Notes under the pieces: model-generated
The model's input: only the letters and a program-made list of their open reading frames with translations
Databases searched by the model: none
Told to the model about the DNA's origin: nothing
Assembly: GCA_963796105.1 (NCBI GenBank)
Contig: CAWCKJ010000004.1
Location: 1,344,001 to 1,408,000 of the forward strand
Reading direction: 5' to 3'
Source of the DNA: a candidate division FCPU426 bacterium
Lineage (GTDB): Bacteria > Oederibacteriota > Muellerivitia > Muellerivitales > Muellerivitaceae
Length of the DNA: 64,000 bases
Program-made: the position numbers and the translations under genes
Shown here: piece after piece, positions 37,906-48,653 of the stretch
How positions within the stretch are numbered: position 1 is the first letter of the stretch
Layout of the letters: each line of letters starts with the position of its first letter

Positions 37906-39522
37906 TTGTTTTCCAAAAGTCATTACCGGAAAAATTTATGGGTTTTTTCCCCATCCGAACTATTGACCTCCGGTCTCTTCGTGATTCTCTTTGTCCTTTC
38001 CCTGGGGGCTTTTTTCGCGGATCGTCCTGGGGCCAATCCCGCCCTGGTTTCAGCCTGCGTGAACAGCCTCATTTGGGTGGCCTGGATGTATTTTGTCTCA
38101 GTGCGCCGACCTCCTCCTTTCGGGTTCCTTGGACTGACGAGGGGACTGGGGCCCTGGCTGGGGCTGATTTTGTGCTATACCTTAATGAAACCCCTCGTGC
38201 CGGTCCTTCATCCCCAGCTTTTTGACGCGGAACTCCACAGTGTTGACATTCATTTATTGGGGAAGGGACCATCATCTTTCCAGACGGTGCTTCTAGGAAA
38301 GCCGGGATGGACCGACCTGTTCAGTTTTTTTTATCTGGGGCTTTTCGTCTGGCTCATCGGATTGATTATTTACCATATTTACCTGAGGCGGGCGCTTTAC
38401 CAGAGGTTCATGCTCGGGCTCATCCTGGTCTATTCAGGGGGTTTCTTGGGCTACCTGGTTTATCCCGCGGTGGGGCCGAGGTTCGCTTCTCCCCAGGATT
38501 GGTCGGATGTCCAAGGTGGCGTCTTTTTTTGGGTTACCCAGGCCTTGGTCAACGGCCTCGGAGCCAGGTTTGACGTTTTTCCCAGCCTGCACGGGGCCCT
38601 CTCGGGATACCTGCTTGCCTGGCAGTTCCAGCACGACCGGCGCTCCATCGCTTGGGGTTTTCCCCTAACAGCCGCGATTTGGCTCTCGACCCTTTTCCTG
38701 GGTTACCATTATTTGCCGGATCTTGTCAGCGGAGGACTTCTGGCATGGGCCAGCGCTTGGGCCGCGCCGAGGTTGGAGGTTCTGGCGGGTGCTTTCCGCA
38801 GGTCCTTGAGGCCACCCCGGGTTTGGCTCATGAACCTGACCGAGGGACATGGGGATCATTTTGGGAAGCTGGCGGGACGCCTCAGCGATTTGATACCCCT
38901 TGGCGGGGAAACCTCGCCTGGTTTCATCTGCGGCGGTGTGCCCAAGAACAAGGCGATGGAACCTCTGCGCCAGGCTCTGGAGGACCTGGAGGACGGCCCC
39001 TTTTGGGTCAGGACTTCCGACGCATTGGGCTCCAAACGAAAGAACCTGGCGGGATTGAAACCCATGAACGTCGAACAGGTGTTCAAGGAGATTTTCGCCC
39101 CCGCGAGGGGGAACTATTTCATCGTTCAAAAAGCCCTCAAAGTCTCGGCGGTCGGGGTCTGCCTGGCTTTCCCGCCGAAAGGCATGGGGTTGTCCGACGT
39201 GGAAGTCCGGATGACATCCCTTCCCGAGGGGGATGTCCTGGAGTTGAACCTTTCCCCCAACCGGAAGTTGTTCAGGGGGCTCTTGGATAATCCCTGGCAC
39301 TATTTTCCAAAGTCTTTTCCCTTGAGGGGCTTCGAGCTTTTTGAGGCCGTGAAATTGACCCGGCGCCTGGCCCAACGTTGGAACCAACCCGCTGAGGTGG
39401 AATGGGTTCTCTCCCGGGGAAAAGTCTTCGTCCTGGACGCCAGGCCTGTTAAGGAAAATCCAACGGAAGATAAATCGGATCACCCTATCGAAAACAGCAC
39501 GCAAGAAGATCTTCAACTATGA
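37906..39522 (+). CDS. PAP2/AUR1-like phosphotransferase fused to a degenerate PEP/pyruvate-binding (PPDK_N-like) domain
   Basis: YPAVGPR, FPSLH, YHYLPD; C-terminal FWVRTS, FIVQK, EVEWV, VFVLDARPV. Confidence 0.8.
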   Translation: MFSKSHYRKNLWVFSPSELLTSGLFVILFVLSLGAFFADRPGANPALVSACVNSLIWVAWMYFVSVRRPPPFGFLGLTRGLGPWLGLILCYTLMKPLVPVLHPQLFDAELHSVDIHLLGKGPSSFQTVLLGKPGWTDLFSFFYLGLFVWLIGLIIYHIYLRRALYQRFMLGLILVYSGGFLGYLVYPAVGPRFASPQDWSDVQGGVFFWVTQALVNGLGARFDVFPSLHGALSGYLLAWQFQHDRRSIAWGFPLTAAIWLSTLFLGYHYLPDLVSGGLLAWASAWAAPRLEVLAGAFRRSLRPPRVWLMNLTEGHGDHFGKLAGRLSDLIPLGGETSPGFICGGVPKNKAMEPLRQALEDLEDGPFWVRTSDALGSKRKNLAGLKPMNVEQVFKEIFAPARGNYFIVQKALKVSAVGVCLAFPPKGMGLSDVEVRMTSLPEGDVLELNLSPNRKLFRGLLDNPWHYFPKSFPLRGFELFEAVKLTRRLAQRWNQPAEVEWVLSRGKVFVLDARPVKENPTEDKSDHPIENSTQEDLQL

Positions 39523-39576
39523 AAAAAAGACGAGGAGATGTTATGATCAGAACCCATCCCGGGATAAAAGGCGGAA

Positions 39577-40212
39577 ATGATGTGTCCGTTTAAAAAGTTA
39601 TTATTCTTGACCGTGATCGTGGCGGTAGCCGCTATAGTGGGTTGCGTCTCCCTAGATGAAAACGTCCAGGTGACCCCGCCCAACGCCGTGGAGCAGTATG
39701 GCCGAAGTCCTATCGACCAGTGCACTCCCCATATGGTTCCCAGCCGTCTCATCATGGCGACGGCTAGCTATGCCGTGACTCTTGTTCAGCAGGGCGGGGC
39801 CTATGTCCAGGACCAGCAGAATTTTGACTTCTATTGGTCGCAAATTAACCCCCAGTTGGATCAAAATCAGGTGGTTTCCTCCAACCTCAAGCCGGTCATT
39901 GATTGGACCGTCCTGGGGGCTTATTTCGTGACGATCCCCATGACGGATTCTTGTACCAGAGCCAAATCCTATGGCGATGGAATCAATACTGATTGTTACA
40001 CCATATCGATTCCGATATATCTTTACGAGGAACCCAATTGCCAAAAACAATCACCAAGCGCGGATTTGGTATTCCTTTATACATATCCCAAAAGTAATTT
40101 ACCGGTGGCCATAAAGTGGATAAATCCCACACCCACCTCTTCGCCCACTCCTTCACCAACGCCTCTGCCTACCGCAACGCCGACCTCTGCGCCAAAAAGC
40201 GGGGACGAGTGA
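39577..40212 (+). CDS. Lipoprotein with C-terminal PT tail
   Basis: Lipobox IVGC; ends PTPTSSPTPSPTPLPTATPT. Confidence 0.8.
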   Translation: MMCPFKKLLFLTVIVAVAAIVGCVSLDENVQVTPPNAVEQYGRSPIDQCTPHMVPSRLIMATASYAVTLVQQGGAYVQDQQNFDFYWSQINPQLDQNQVVSSNLKPVIDWTVLGAYFVTIPMTDSCTRAKSYGDGINTDCYTISIPIYLYEEPNCQKQSPSADLVFLYTYPKSNLPVAIKWINPTPTSSPTPSPTPLPTATPTSAPKSGDE

Positions 40213-40688
40213 AAGTTTTCCAGCGGTGTTTAAAGGGGCAACGGGTCGCAGGCGTGATTTTCGGGATGCTTTTACTGTGGATGGCCACATTTTCCAAGGC
40301 TTGGCCCAAGGATGAGGAGATCACTCTGCCCGTGATCATCGCGGATTATTACGCTTGGGCCTATACCGAGGCGGTGGAAGATAAAGCCACCCTTTACGCT
40401 TGTTCCACGGGGGCCGTGGACGCAGCGGGCTGGGTTTTCCTGGCGGCGAAACCCGATTACACCGGGCTTTTCCTGGTGAATCTGGCAGGCGGCGCCAAGA
40501 CGGTTTATCCCCTCGCGGTACTTCTCACGAGTTCCGACAATGGCGCCAGGGAAAGAGCCTGGATCGCCTTGGGAACCCACGCGGCCACCCTCATTACCCT
40601 GGAGTTGTTAGGAAAGCCCGAGATCAGCCTTCAGGCCATGACTCCAAAGGGAAAAGGCTTGGGTTTGCAATTGGCCTGCAGGTATTAG
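40209..40688 (+). CDS. Hypothetical membrane/secreted protein
   Basis: GTGA overlap with upstream stop; hydrophobic segments; terminal GLGLQLACRY. Confidence 0.6.
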   Translation: MKVFQRCLKGQRVAGVIFGMLLLWMATFSKAWPKDEEITLPVIIADYYAWAYTEAVEDKATLYACSTGAVDAAGWVFLAAKPDYTGLFLVNLAGGAKTVYPLAVLLTSSDNGARERAWIALGTHAATLITLELLGKPEISLQAMTPKGKGLGLQLACRY

Positions 40689-40719
40689 AAGCGCCGGATT
40701 CAGAAGGCGGAAGATCCTT

Positions 40720-41226
40720 TCAAACAGGGGGCAATTGTCGGGCCAGGACCATGTATTCCTCGACGCCCTTTAATATTTTCCGGACGTCCTCATCGGTGAC
40801 CTGCCGGGAAAACCTTCCGGGCAAACCCAGAACGAGCGAGCGCGGGGGAATGACTTTTCCCTCCGGCACCACGGCTCCCGCCCCGATCACGCATTCATCC
40901 CCGATTTGAGCGCCCGTGAGAATGGTGGAATGGATTCCCACCAGGCAGCGGTTCCCGATTTGGCAGGCGTGCACGCAGGCCTGGTGTCCAATCACGCAAT
41001 CCTGTCCCACCAGGGTGGGGCAAGCCCGGTCGGTATGGAAGACACAGCCATCCTGTATATTGGTCCTGGTCCCTATTCGAATTAGATTCAAGTCGCCCCT
41101 GAGGACGCAGGAGGGCCAAACGCTCACATCGTCCCCCAACTCCACTTGGCCCATGACGGTGGCAAAGTCGTGGATCCGGACGTTCCTGCCGAAAAGAGGA
41201 TGGTACTCAAGGTAAGGTTGAATCAT
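40720..41226 (-). CDS. Gamma carbonic anhydrase family (hexapeptide-repeat) protein
   Basis: VLRGD, TNIQDGCVFH, IGHQACVHAC, LVLGLPG. Confidence 0.93.
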   Translation of the reverse strand: MIQPYLEYHPLFGRNVRIHDFATVMGQVELGDDVSVWPSCVLRGDLNLIRIGTRTNIQDGCVFHTDRACPTLVGQDCVIGHQACVHACQIGNRCLVGIHSTILTGAQIGDECVIGAGAVVPEGKVIPPRSLVLGLPGRFSRQVTDEDVRKILKGVEEYMVLARQLPPV

Positions 41227-41278
41227 GGTCCATTCCAAATTTTATGAAGGATGCCTTAAAGTATGACTGAAATCGGAT

Positions 41279-41731
41279 TTAAAGATTCTCTAAAACTTCC
41301 TTGACGTGATCCTTGACGCTCACGGGGGACCAGATGTTTTTCACCTTGCCGTCCTTGCCGATGATCAGGGTCGTGCGGACAATGCCCATGAACTCGCGGC
41401 CCATGAATTTTTTCTTTTGCCACACGCCGTATTTTTTCAGCGTCTTTTTCCCTTCGTCGGACAAAAGCGTGAAAGGAAGTTTGTATTTTTCCTTGAAGGC
41501 CGAGTGTTTTTTAACCGGGTCGGCGCTGACTCCCAGCACCACTACGCCTTTTTTTTCGATGGCCTTCCAGTTGTCACGGAAGTCGCAGGCTTCCTGTGTG
41601 CAGCCGGGCGTCATGTCTTTGGGATAAAAATAGAGAACGACCTCTTTTCTATTGAATTCCTCCAGTGATACTTTTTCACCCTCCTGGTTTTCCAACACGA
41701 AATTTGGGGCTTTTTGGCCATTCTTGATCAT
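41279..41731 (-). CDS. bcp: Thioredoxin-dependent peroxiredoxin BCP
   Basis: YFYPKDMTPGCTQEACDFRD, GVSAD, LLSD, GIVRTT. Confidence 0.95.
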   Translation of the reverse strand: MIKNGQKAPNFVLENQEGEKVSLEEFNRKEVVLYFYPKDMTPGCTQEACDFRDNWKAIEKKGVVVLGVSADPVKKHSAFKEKYKLPFTLLSDEGKKTLKKYGVWQKKKFMGREFMGIVRTTLIIGKDGKVKNIWSPVSVKDHVKEVLENL

Positions 41732-42102
41732 GGAACACCTCTAATGATTTGATGGAAAAAGTCATCATTGGAAAGAGGGGAGCTAATTACAAGCCCCACG
41801 AAAACCAATCGCGACTTAGGTGGGCTATTTTCATGAAAAGGATATAATTCAATTGATGTTACAGAAGTGTAAAAACTGACACAATAAGGTCAAATATGGC
41901 CATTTAAACATATTTCAGTAAACATCGTTTATATAGAAAAAGACCAAATTTTCTTTTATTTAAGCCATAATTTTGTTGTCTAAATAAATATATATATACA
42001 ATTAAGGTACAAGAGGTATACTTTTGATAATAAATTTTGGCCTACAATTCATCACCTACAACAATGCCTCAAACGTAAGGTCCAAAATAAAGGGGAGATA
42101 TT

Positions 42103-42780
42103 ATGAACTTTTATTTTTCGCTTTTTCAGCTCATCGAGACAGTGGAGTCGCTCGGCAGGAACGTTCAGCATTTGGCAAGCCGGGCTCTCCGAATCAGTCC
42201 CAGGGACGCGCGCGCCAACCGCGAGCTCTTGGAAAAATGCGAGTTGAAGTTGAACGAGGTTCGGGTGTTATTGAACAACAAGACCCACATCCGGAAGATC
42301 GTCCTCCGCAAGGCTTCCTATTTGTTCCAGATCTTGGATGTCTTCTACCGCCGGGTTTTGCACCTTTCCACGGCGACCGCCAGCATCGGCCCGGACGATG
42401 AGAATTCCGTCAAGGCCGTATGGCAGCTTCAGGCCTTGGCTCAAAAGCACTACCAGATCGTGGTACACACCCTCTTTGAGCTTACCGGTATTCCGGTGAC
42501 TCTGGCCCTGGACGCTTCCAGGGAATACGGCGCGAGGGATTTCAATTCCGTCATCCAGGATGAGGCGGTCTGCCATCAGGAAGCCCTCAAGCTATTGGAA
42601 AAAGCCATAGAAGTATTTGGCGAGGAACAGGAACTAGCGGACAAACTGGTCTTGATGCGCAAGGAAATCCTCGAGATCAAGAAGAGAATGAAACATTTCT
42701 CCCCAGTTCCGGCCGTGGAAAAAGCTGAGCCGGTTATGGCCCCCGTTTCCGCCGCCATCGCATCTAGTTCTAAAAATTAA
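42103..42780 (+). CDS. All-helical hypothetical protein, possibly ferritin-like
   Basis: GGGGAG RBS; helical pattern ...KHYQIVVHTLFELTGIP...DEAVCHQEALKLL. Confidence 0.65.
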   Translation: MNFYFSLFQLIETVESLGRNVQHLASRALRISPRDARANRELLEKCELKLNEVRVLLNNKTHIRKIVLRKASYLFQILDVFYRRVLHLSTATASIGPDDENSVKAVWQLQALAQKHYQIVVHTLFELTGIPVTLALDASREYGARDFNSVIQDEAVCHQEALKLLEKAIEVFGEEQELADKLVLMRKEILEIKKRMKHFSPVPAVEKAEPVMAPVSAAIASSSKN

Positions 42781-42821
42781 AGAGTGAACACGAGCCAGAT
42801 GCAGGGAAGGGAATTGGCCGA

Positions 42822-44117
42822 ATGAGCCCGAGGCGTTTTCGGCCAGCTGCCCTTTACATGAAGGCTCCATTCCTACGCGAGGTCCTGGACGGGATGCCGG
42901 ATTCGGTGAAGATTATCGATGACCAATTCAGGGTTGTATTTGCCAACCAAGCCGCCCGGGATAAGATTCAAAAGGACCTGAACGAGGTGCGGGGAAGGCC
43001 CTGCCACCAGGTCATCAACGGCTTCAAGGACCGGTGCTTTTTCTGCAACACGAAGAAGGTTTTTGAGAGCGGGGAACCTCAAGTAGGCTATTGCACCTTA
43101 TCCGCCGACGGGAACCTGCGCGACTTCCAGGTTTCCGTTTTTCCCTTGAAGACCGACGGTAAAAAGCCCGAGTTCGCTGTCGAGATCGTCAAGGATATTA
43201 CCAGTCTTTCCAAGGGAGCCCCCTTGTCCCGGGGGGCGGGGAATATTCTCAGCCGGGACAGGACCTTCGGCTGGATATTTGACCAGATGGCCCAGTGCGC
43301 TTTGGACGACGTCCCGGTTCTGGTCCAGGGAGAGAGAGGTACAGGGAAAAAGTCCTTCGCCTCAGCCCTCCATCAAAGAAGCGCGCGTTCCTTCGGCCCC
43401 TTCCGGGTCTATCACTGCGAGAATCCGACCGGCAGCGGGGATCAGGGGGGATTGTTCGGGGAAAGAGGGGAGTGGCAAAAAGCCTCGGGAGGAACCCTTT
43501 TCCTGGACAATTTTGACCTCTTGAGCGAGAGGGACCAGAAGATTCTGGATGGAAAACTTTCCGAGCCGGCAGGCACCGGCTCCCCCCGGGTTGTTGCGGG
43601 AACGAGGATGGATCTACAGCGCTTGACGCGGGAAAAGGCCGTCTTGCCGGGACTCTATGATCGGTTTGCTTCCCATATTCTCTGTCTGCCCGCCTTGAGG
43701 GACCGGCGGCAAGATCTTCCGTTTTTAGCCCAGCATTTCATTGAAACCTACAAGGTCGTGACGGGCTCTCCCGCTGAGAACCTGACTCAAGACGCTCTCA
43801 ACCAATTGATGTCCTATTCCTGGCCCGGAAACCTCCGGGAACTGGAAACCCTGATTGAGCGCGCCTGCCTCATGGCCACCGGACCCAAAATCGAGAAATT
43901 GGATCTGCCCGTCTGCGCCCCGCAAGTCGGAAAACTGGGTGACCAATTGAGTTTGACTGAAAAAGCCTTCCTGGTGGACGCCCTGACTAAGTCAGGGGGC
44001 CGTCTAGCGAAGGCCGCCCAAAGTTCCGGGTTAAGCCTGAAAACCTTCCAAAGAAAGATGATTAAACATGGTTTGAAGACGGCTGATTTCAAGGATCTTC
44101 CGGTAACTGCCTCGTAA
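42822..44117 (+). CDS. PAS - AAA+ - Fis-HTH regulator (degenerate sigma54-activator type)
   Basis: PAS with [43 protein letters not shown]; no GAFTGA. Confidence 0.88.
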   Translation: MSPRRFRPAALYMKAPFLREVLDGMPDSVKIIDDQFRVVFANQAARDKIQKDLNEVRGRPCHQVINGFKDRCFFCNTKKVFESGEPQVGYCTLSADGNLRDFQVSVFPLKTDGKKPEFAVEIVKDITSLSKGAPLSRGAGNILSRDRTFGWIFDQMAQCALDDVPVLVQGERGTGKKSFASALHQRSARSFGPFRVYHCENPTGSGDQGGLFGERGEWQKASGGTLFLDNFDLLSERDQKILDGKLSEPAGTGSPRVVAGTRMDLQRLTREKAVLPGLYDRFASHILCLPALRDRRQDLPFLAQHFIETYKVVTGSPAENLTQDALNQLMSYSWPGNLRELETLIERACLMATGPKIEKLDLPVCAPQVGKLGDQLSLTEKAFLVDALTKSGGRLAKAAQSSGLSLKTFQRKMIKHGLKTADFKDLPVTAS

Positions 44118-44212
44118 CCAAGTCACTTTCCTCTTTCTTGACGCTTTCGCTCCCTGGTTTTAAACTGCCCACGCTTCATTTGAACACCCAATCCAACCTT
44201 AAAGGAGATCTT

Positions 44213-45463
44213 GTGTCTCACACCTACCAAAACGTGAAACCGCCGCAAGGGGAGAAGATCAGCATTCAAAACGGGGTATTGGCTGTCCCGGATCATCCGG
44301 TGATCCCGTTTATCGAAGGGGATGGAACCGGGCCGGACATCTGGCACGCGTCGGTAAGGGTCATTGACGCGGCTGTGCAGAAGGCCTTCGGCGGAAAAAA
44401 GAAAATATCCTGGTTCGAGGTTTACGCGGGACAGACCGCTTTCGACAAGTTCCAGAACTGGCTTCCGGACGACACGGTGGAAGCCTTCCGGGAATACCTG
44501 GTGGGAATCAAAGGGCCCTTGACGACGCCCGTGGGGAAAGGTATCCGGTCCCTAAACGTGGCCTTGCGCCAGATGCTGGACCTCTACGTCTGCCTGCGTC
44601 CTGTCAGGTATTTCCAGGGGGTTCCCTCGCCGGTCAAGCACCCGGAGAAAGTGGACATGGTCATATTCCGGGAAAATACAGAGGATATCTACGCCGGCAT
44701 CGAGTGGCAGGCGGAAACGCCCGAGGCCAAGAAAGTCATAGAGTTCCTGCAGAAGGAAATGGGTGTCAAGAAAATCCGGTTTCCCCAGACTTCCGGAATC
44801 GGCATCAAGCCAGTGTCCCAGGAAGGGACCGAGCGGCTGGTGCGCGCGGCGGTGGAATATGCCATCAAGAAAAAAAGAAAAAGCGTCACTTTCGTGCACA
44901 AGGGAAACATCATGAAATTCACCGAGGGAGCCTTCCGCGATTGGGGCTATGCCCTGGTGAGGAAGGAATTTGCCGGGCGCGCTGTGGGTTGGGATGACTG
45001 CGGAGGAAAGCCTCCCGCGGGCCAGGTCCTGGTCAAGGATGCCATCGCCGACATAACCCTCCAGCAGGTGCTCACCCGGCCCGAGGATTTTGACGTGATC
45101 GCGACCTTGAATCTCAACGGAGACTATCTTTCCGATGCCCTAGCCGCCCAAGTGGGAGGCATCGGCATCGCCCCGGGCGGAAACATCAACTATGTCACGG
45201 GACACGCCATCTTCGAGGCCACCCACGGGACGGCGCCCAAGTACGCCAACCTGGATAAGGTCAACCCGGGGTCGGTCATTCTCTCGGGAGTCATGATGCT
45301 GGAGCATTTGGGATGGCTGGATGCCGCGAACCTCATCGTGAAATCCTTGGGAAAAACCATCGGACACAAGGTGGTGACCTACGATTTCGCCAGGCTCATG
45401 GAGGGCGCGAAAGAAGCGAGGTGCTCGGAGTTCGGCACGGCCCTGATCCAGAACATGGTCTAG
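44213..45463 (+). CDS. icd: NADP-dependent isocitrate dehydrogenase
   Basis: [61 protein letters not shown] before GTG at 44213. Confidence 0.97.
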   Translation: MSHTYQNVKPPQGEKISIQNGVLAVPDHPVIPFIEGDGTGPDIWHASVRVIDAAVQKAFGGKKKISWFEVYAGQTAFDKFQNWLPDDTVEAFREYLVGIKGPLTTPVGKGIRSLNVALRQMLDLYVCLRPVRYFQGVPSPVKHPEKVDMVIFRENTEDIYAGIEWQAETPEAKKVIEFLQKEMGVKKIRFPQTSGIGIKPVSQEGTERLVRAAVEYAIKKKRKSVTFVHKGNIMKFTEGAFRDWGYALVRKEFAGRAVGWDDCGGKPPAGQVLVKDAIADITLQQVLTRPEDFDVIATLNLNGDYLSDALAAQVGGIGIAPGGNINYVTGHAIFEATHGTAPKYANLDKVNPGSVILSGVMMLEHLGWLDAANLIVKSLGKTIGHKVVTYDFARLMEGAKEARCSEFGTALIQNMV

Positions 45464-45534
45464 GATTCGGGAACCTTTATACAGGATTTCATCCTAAAAC
45501 CCTATTTACAAGAACGGCCTCAGTCCATCTTTAC

Positions 45535-47742
45535 TTATTTGGCCGTGGGTAGTTTTTCCCCTAGGGGAAAGTTAAATCCTGGCGTTGGAATGGGTTTTTG
45601 GCTGAAGGTTTGGAAATACTTTAGGCATTGATCCCGCCATTGTTGGGCATCCTGGACCTGTTGGCGCAGTTTGCTGGAGACTGTTTGGAATCTTTCCCCA
45701 TCCACTTTGCCTTTGAGTCCTTCCCAATCTTTTTCAAGGCTCATAGCCTCTTTAACCCCCCCCTGGTATTTCCCGCATAGTTCTTCCCAAAAGGTATTCC
45801 CGGACTTCATCATTTGTTCCCAAGGCACGTGGTGGAACCAGAGAAGGTATTTCTCCGGGCAGGTATTAAGGGAATTGAATTTCCCCGATAAGGGGGTGTG
45901 GTACTGGGTGACCGCGGCGCTTCCCTTGAGGGTGCGGTCGAAGCCCAGGCCCCTTGGGTCGGCATGGACGAAATAAGTCGAGGACCAATCCTCGTGCTGG
46001 GGATCGAAAGTCCAGGGCATGGGCGCGTAATGGATGTGGGGGTCGGTCACCCCGTTGAGCCCCAAGGGGCTGTCGTAATCCACGAAAGCCTCCCGGGAAG
46101 CCATCATCATGGTTACGATTGGGTCCGTGATTTGGGGTTTCACGCCCCAGGTCAAGCTTGCCCATTCCCGGGCAATGGCCTCCGCGCTTAAATCCGGGTT
46201 CCAAGCCAGCCTGCCGAAGGCGTACCAGTTGGCCTGGGCGAAGGGATGACCGCACCAGTTCCGGTTATCTCCGGTATTGGCCACGCCCGAGATAACGCTG
46301 TCCTTATGGTTGTTGAGCTTGCCTTCCACGACTTTTTTCACTGTCGAGCCGGGTCCCGTGGAATAGGTATCAGCGTCCAGGAATTCCCTCCATAACGGTG
46401 CCAGGTAAACCAAATGCGTGGATTGGCCCAGGTATTCCTGGGTGACCTGTAATTCGGCGGCCAATGAAGTTTTCGGCATTCCGCCGAACAGGGGGTGGAA
46501 GGGCTCACGGGGCTGGAAATCCAGAGGACCATATTTGACCTGGAGGAAAACATTGGGAAGGAATTTGCCGTCCAAGGGCGTGAACTCCTGGTAAGCCCTT
46601 TTAATCCGGTCATGGTCCACTTTGGGTGAATAAACAAAAGCCCTCCACATCACGATACCCCCATGGGGGGCCAAGGCCTTGGCCAGCATATTCGCCCCCT
46701 GCGCGTGGGTCCGTCCGTAATCGTTGGGTCCGGGTTGGCCCTCGCTGTTGGCCTTGACCAAGAAACCGCCGAAATCCGGGATCAGGCTGTAAATCTCATC
46801 GGCTTTTTGGATCCACCATTTTTGTACCGAGGGGTCGAGGGGGTCGGCGGTGGGAAGGTCCCCCAAAGCCTTGGGAGTTCCAAAGTTGGCGGAAAGGTAC
46901 ACCTGGATGCCGTATGGGCGCAGTGCGTCCGCAAGGGAAGCGGTTTTCTTGAGGTATTCGGTTTTCAGAATCAGGGGATTGGCATTCACGTTGTTCAGGA
47001 CCGCGCCGTTCAAAGCGATGGAGGCGCAGGCCCGCGCGTAATCCCTCACTCGGGAATCGACCCGGGCGGGCAGATCATTCCAGCGCCAGAGGGATTTACC
47101 CGCATAACCTCTTTCAATAGTGCCGTCCAGGTTGTCCCAGTGGTCCAGCATCCGGCGCTTCAGGGCGGGTTTTTCAGCGATATCCAGATTCTCGATGGAC
47201 TGGCGGGTGCCCAGGAGCCGGAGAAGGTGGAAGGCGCCGTAGAGACAACCCAAGGGAGTCTGGGAAGCAATCAGGGTGAAGTGGCGGCCCTCCATCTCGC
47301 AGGATTGGATCAGGTAACCTTCCTTTCCCAAAGCTTGAAGCCTTCGCGCCTCCTTCATTTGGGCCACGAAGGGGGAGGTTTGGGGAGTGCCGACCAATAG
47401 GGAGCCATTCAGGATTTCCTCCCGGATAGGGATATCTTTTCCCAAGAATCCCTTGAGTCCCTGTTGAAGTTCGTCCCGAAGGATTTTCTCGGTAGCCGTC
47501 GTTCCTTCCACCACGATAGAGGTTAAGGAGCGGCGGTATGAATTCAGCAGGCTGGAATCTTTCACCTGGTCATAACGAAGCCAGAGCCGGTAGCCATCTT
47601 CGGCCTGGATGTGGGATGAAATAGCCAAGAAACCCACGAACAATATAGGAATCCACCAACGTTTTCGAATGGCGGCGGGTTGAATATTTTTGATGCTGAA
47701 CCTCCAAGGCCCATTTGAGTTGAACAAAAATGATTTTATCAC
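45535..47742 (-). CDS. aguA: Alpha-glucuronidase (GH67), secreted
   Basis: EDGYRLWLRY, HWDNLDGTIERGYAG, VKANSEGQPGP, GPLDFQPREP, LLWFHH; exact start uncertain. Confidence 0.95.
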   Translation of the reverse strand: MIKSFLFNSNGPWRFSIKNIQPAAIRKRWWIPILFVGFLAISSHIQAEDGYRLWLRYDQVKDSSLLNSYRRSLTSIVVEGTTATEKILRDELQQGLKGFLGKDIPIREEILNGSLLVGTPQTSPFVAQMKEARRLQALGKEGYLIQSCEMEGRHFTLIASQTPLGCLYGAFHLLRLLGTRQSIENLDIAEKPALKRRMLDHWDNLDGTIERGYAGKSLWRWNDLPARVDSRVRDYARACASIALNGAVLNNVNANPLILKTEYLKKTASLADALRPYGIQVYLSANFGTPKALGDLPTADPLDPSVQKWWIQKADEIYSLIPDFGGFLVKANSEGQPGPNDYGRTHAQGANMLAKALAPHGGIVMWRAFVYSPKVDHDRIKRAYQEFTPLDGKFLPNVFLQVKYGPLDFQPREPFHPLFGGMPKTSLAAELQVTQEYLGQSTHLVYLAPLWREFLDADTYSTGPGSTVKKVVEGKLNNHKDSVISGVANTGDNRNWCGHPFAQANWYAFGRLAWNPDLSAEAIAREWASLTWGVKPQITDPIVTMMMASREAFVDYDSPLGLNGVTDPHIHYAPMPWTFDPQHEDWSSTYFVHADPRGLGFDRTLKGSAAVTQYHTPLSGKFNSLNTCPEKYLLWFHHVPWEQMMKSGNTFWEELCGKYQGGVKEAMSLEKDWEGLKGKVDGERFQTVSSKLRQQVQDAQQWRDQCLKYFQTFSQKPIPTPGFNFPLGEKLPTAK

Positions 47743-47879
47743 TACATCAGGCCGGCTTTATAAATGAGTTCGACCGTATAAACTGAGAGACTCTAACAAA
47801 ATTGAGGATTTGCGAAAGTGGCGTTACCAACAACACCATGAGACATTTTAATTCCTTTTAATTATGGAGCATTTTCTTT

Positions 47880-47925
47880 CTGTGCATCTGTGCGCTGCCT
47901 TGGGCAGCCTGTGGTGAATGCTTTC
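47880..47925 (+). repeat. CTGTG-hairpin-CTGTGGTGAA repeat
   Basis: 42/46 identical to 63292-63337; the loop differs (TTG vs GAA) plus one flanking base. Confidence 0.85.
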
Positions 47926-48023
47926 CTGTTGGAAGTATTAAGCTTGAAGACCGATTCTTCTTGAAAATGAACCGGCATTGTCTTTTATTAGTGCCTTTCA
48001 CAACCTAACCAAGGAAAGTTCTG

Positions 48024-48653
48024 TTGAAACCCAAACGCATCATCCTATTCGATCTCGACGGCACTTTGACCTGGGGCGTGTCCACCACCAGGTTTCTCTT
48101 CCGAAAAATGGGGCAAGAGCCTTTTTTCAAGGAACTGGAATCAGACTGGCTGCGCGAGCAGACCGACCATTTGACCCTGGCCCGGAAAGTCACGGCCCGG
48201 ATGAAGGACTGGAAAACGAGGGACATCGAAAAAGCCCTGCGCGCTATCCCTAAGATGAGGAGAATTGGTTTTACCGTCCGGACCCTGAAAAAGAAAGGCT
48301 ATTACACTGCTCTATCTACCTTGGGTTATGAGTTCGCGGCCAAGTTTTTCCAGGATTGGTATGGTTTTGACGAGGTGCGTGGAACGTCATTGGGAATCCG
48401 CGGGGGTGTCATCACGGGTAAGGGAATGAAAATTTTCCAGGAGCACGAGAAATCCCTTTTCCTCAAAGGAATGGCACGAAAATTTTCCATTCCCCTTTCG
48501 GAAACCGTGGCCTTGGGCGACAGTCGGTCGGATCGGGAGGTCTTCAAGACGGCGGGATTTCGGATCGCGGTAAATCATGACGGTTTTTTAAAGGGTAAGG
48601 CGGATAAGGAACTCAAGGGGCGGGATTTGGGAAAAATCCTGAAATATTTATGA
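48024..48653 (+). CDS. HAD-IB phosphatase (SerB-like)
   Basis: FDLDGTL, ALGDSRSD. Confidence 0.88.
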   Translation: MKPKRIILFDLDGTLTWGVSTTRFLFRKMGQEPFFKELESDWLREQTDHLTLARKVTARMKDWKTRDIEKALRAIPKMRRIGFTVRTLKKKGYYTALSTLGYEFAAKFFQDWYGFDEVRGTSLGIRGGVITGKGMKIFQEHEKSLFLKGMARKFSIPLSETVALGDSRSDREVFKTAGFRIAVNHDGFLKGKADKELKGRDLGKILKYL

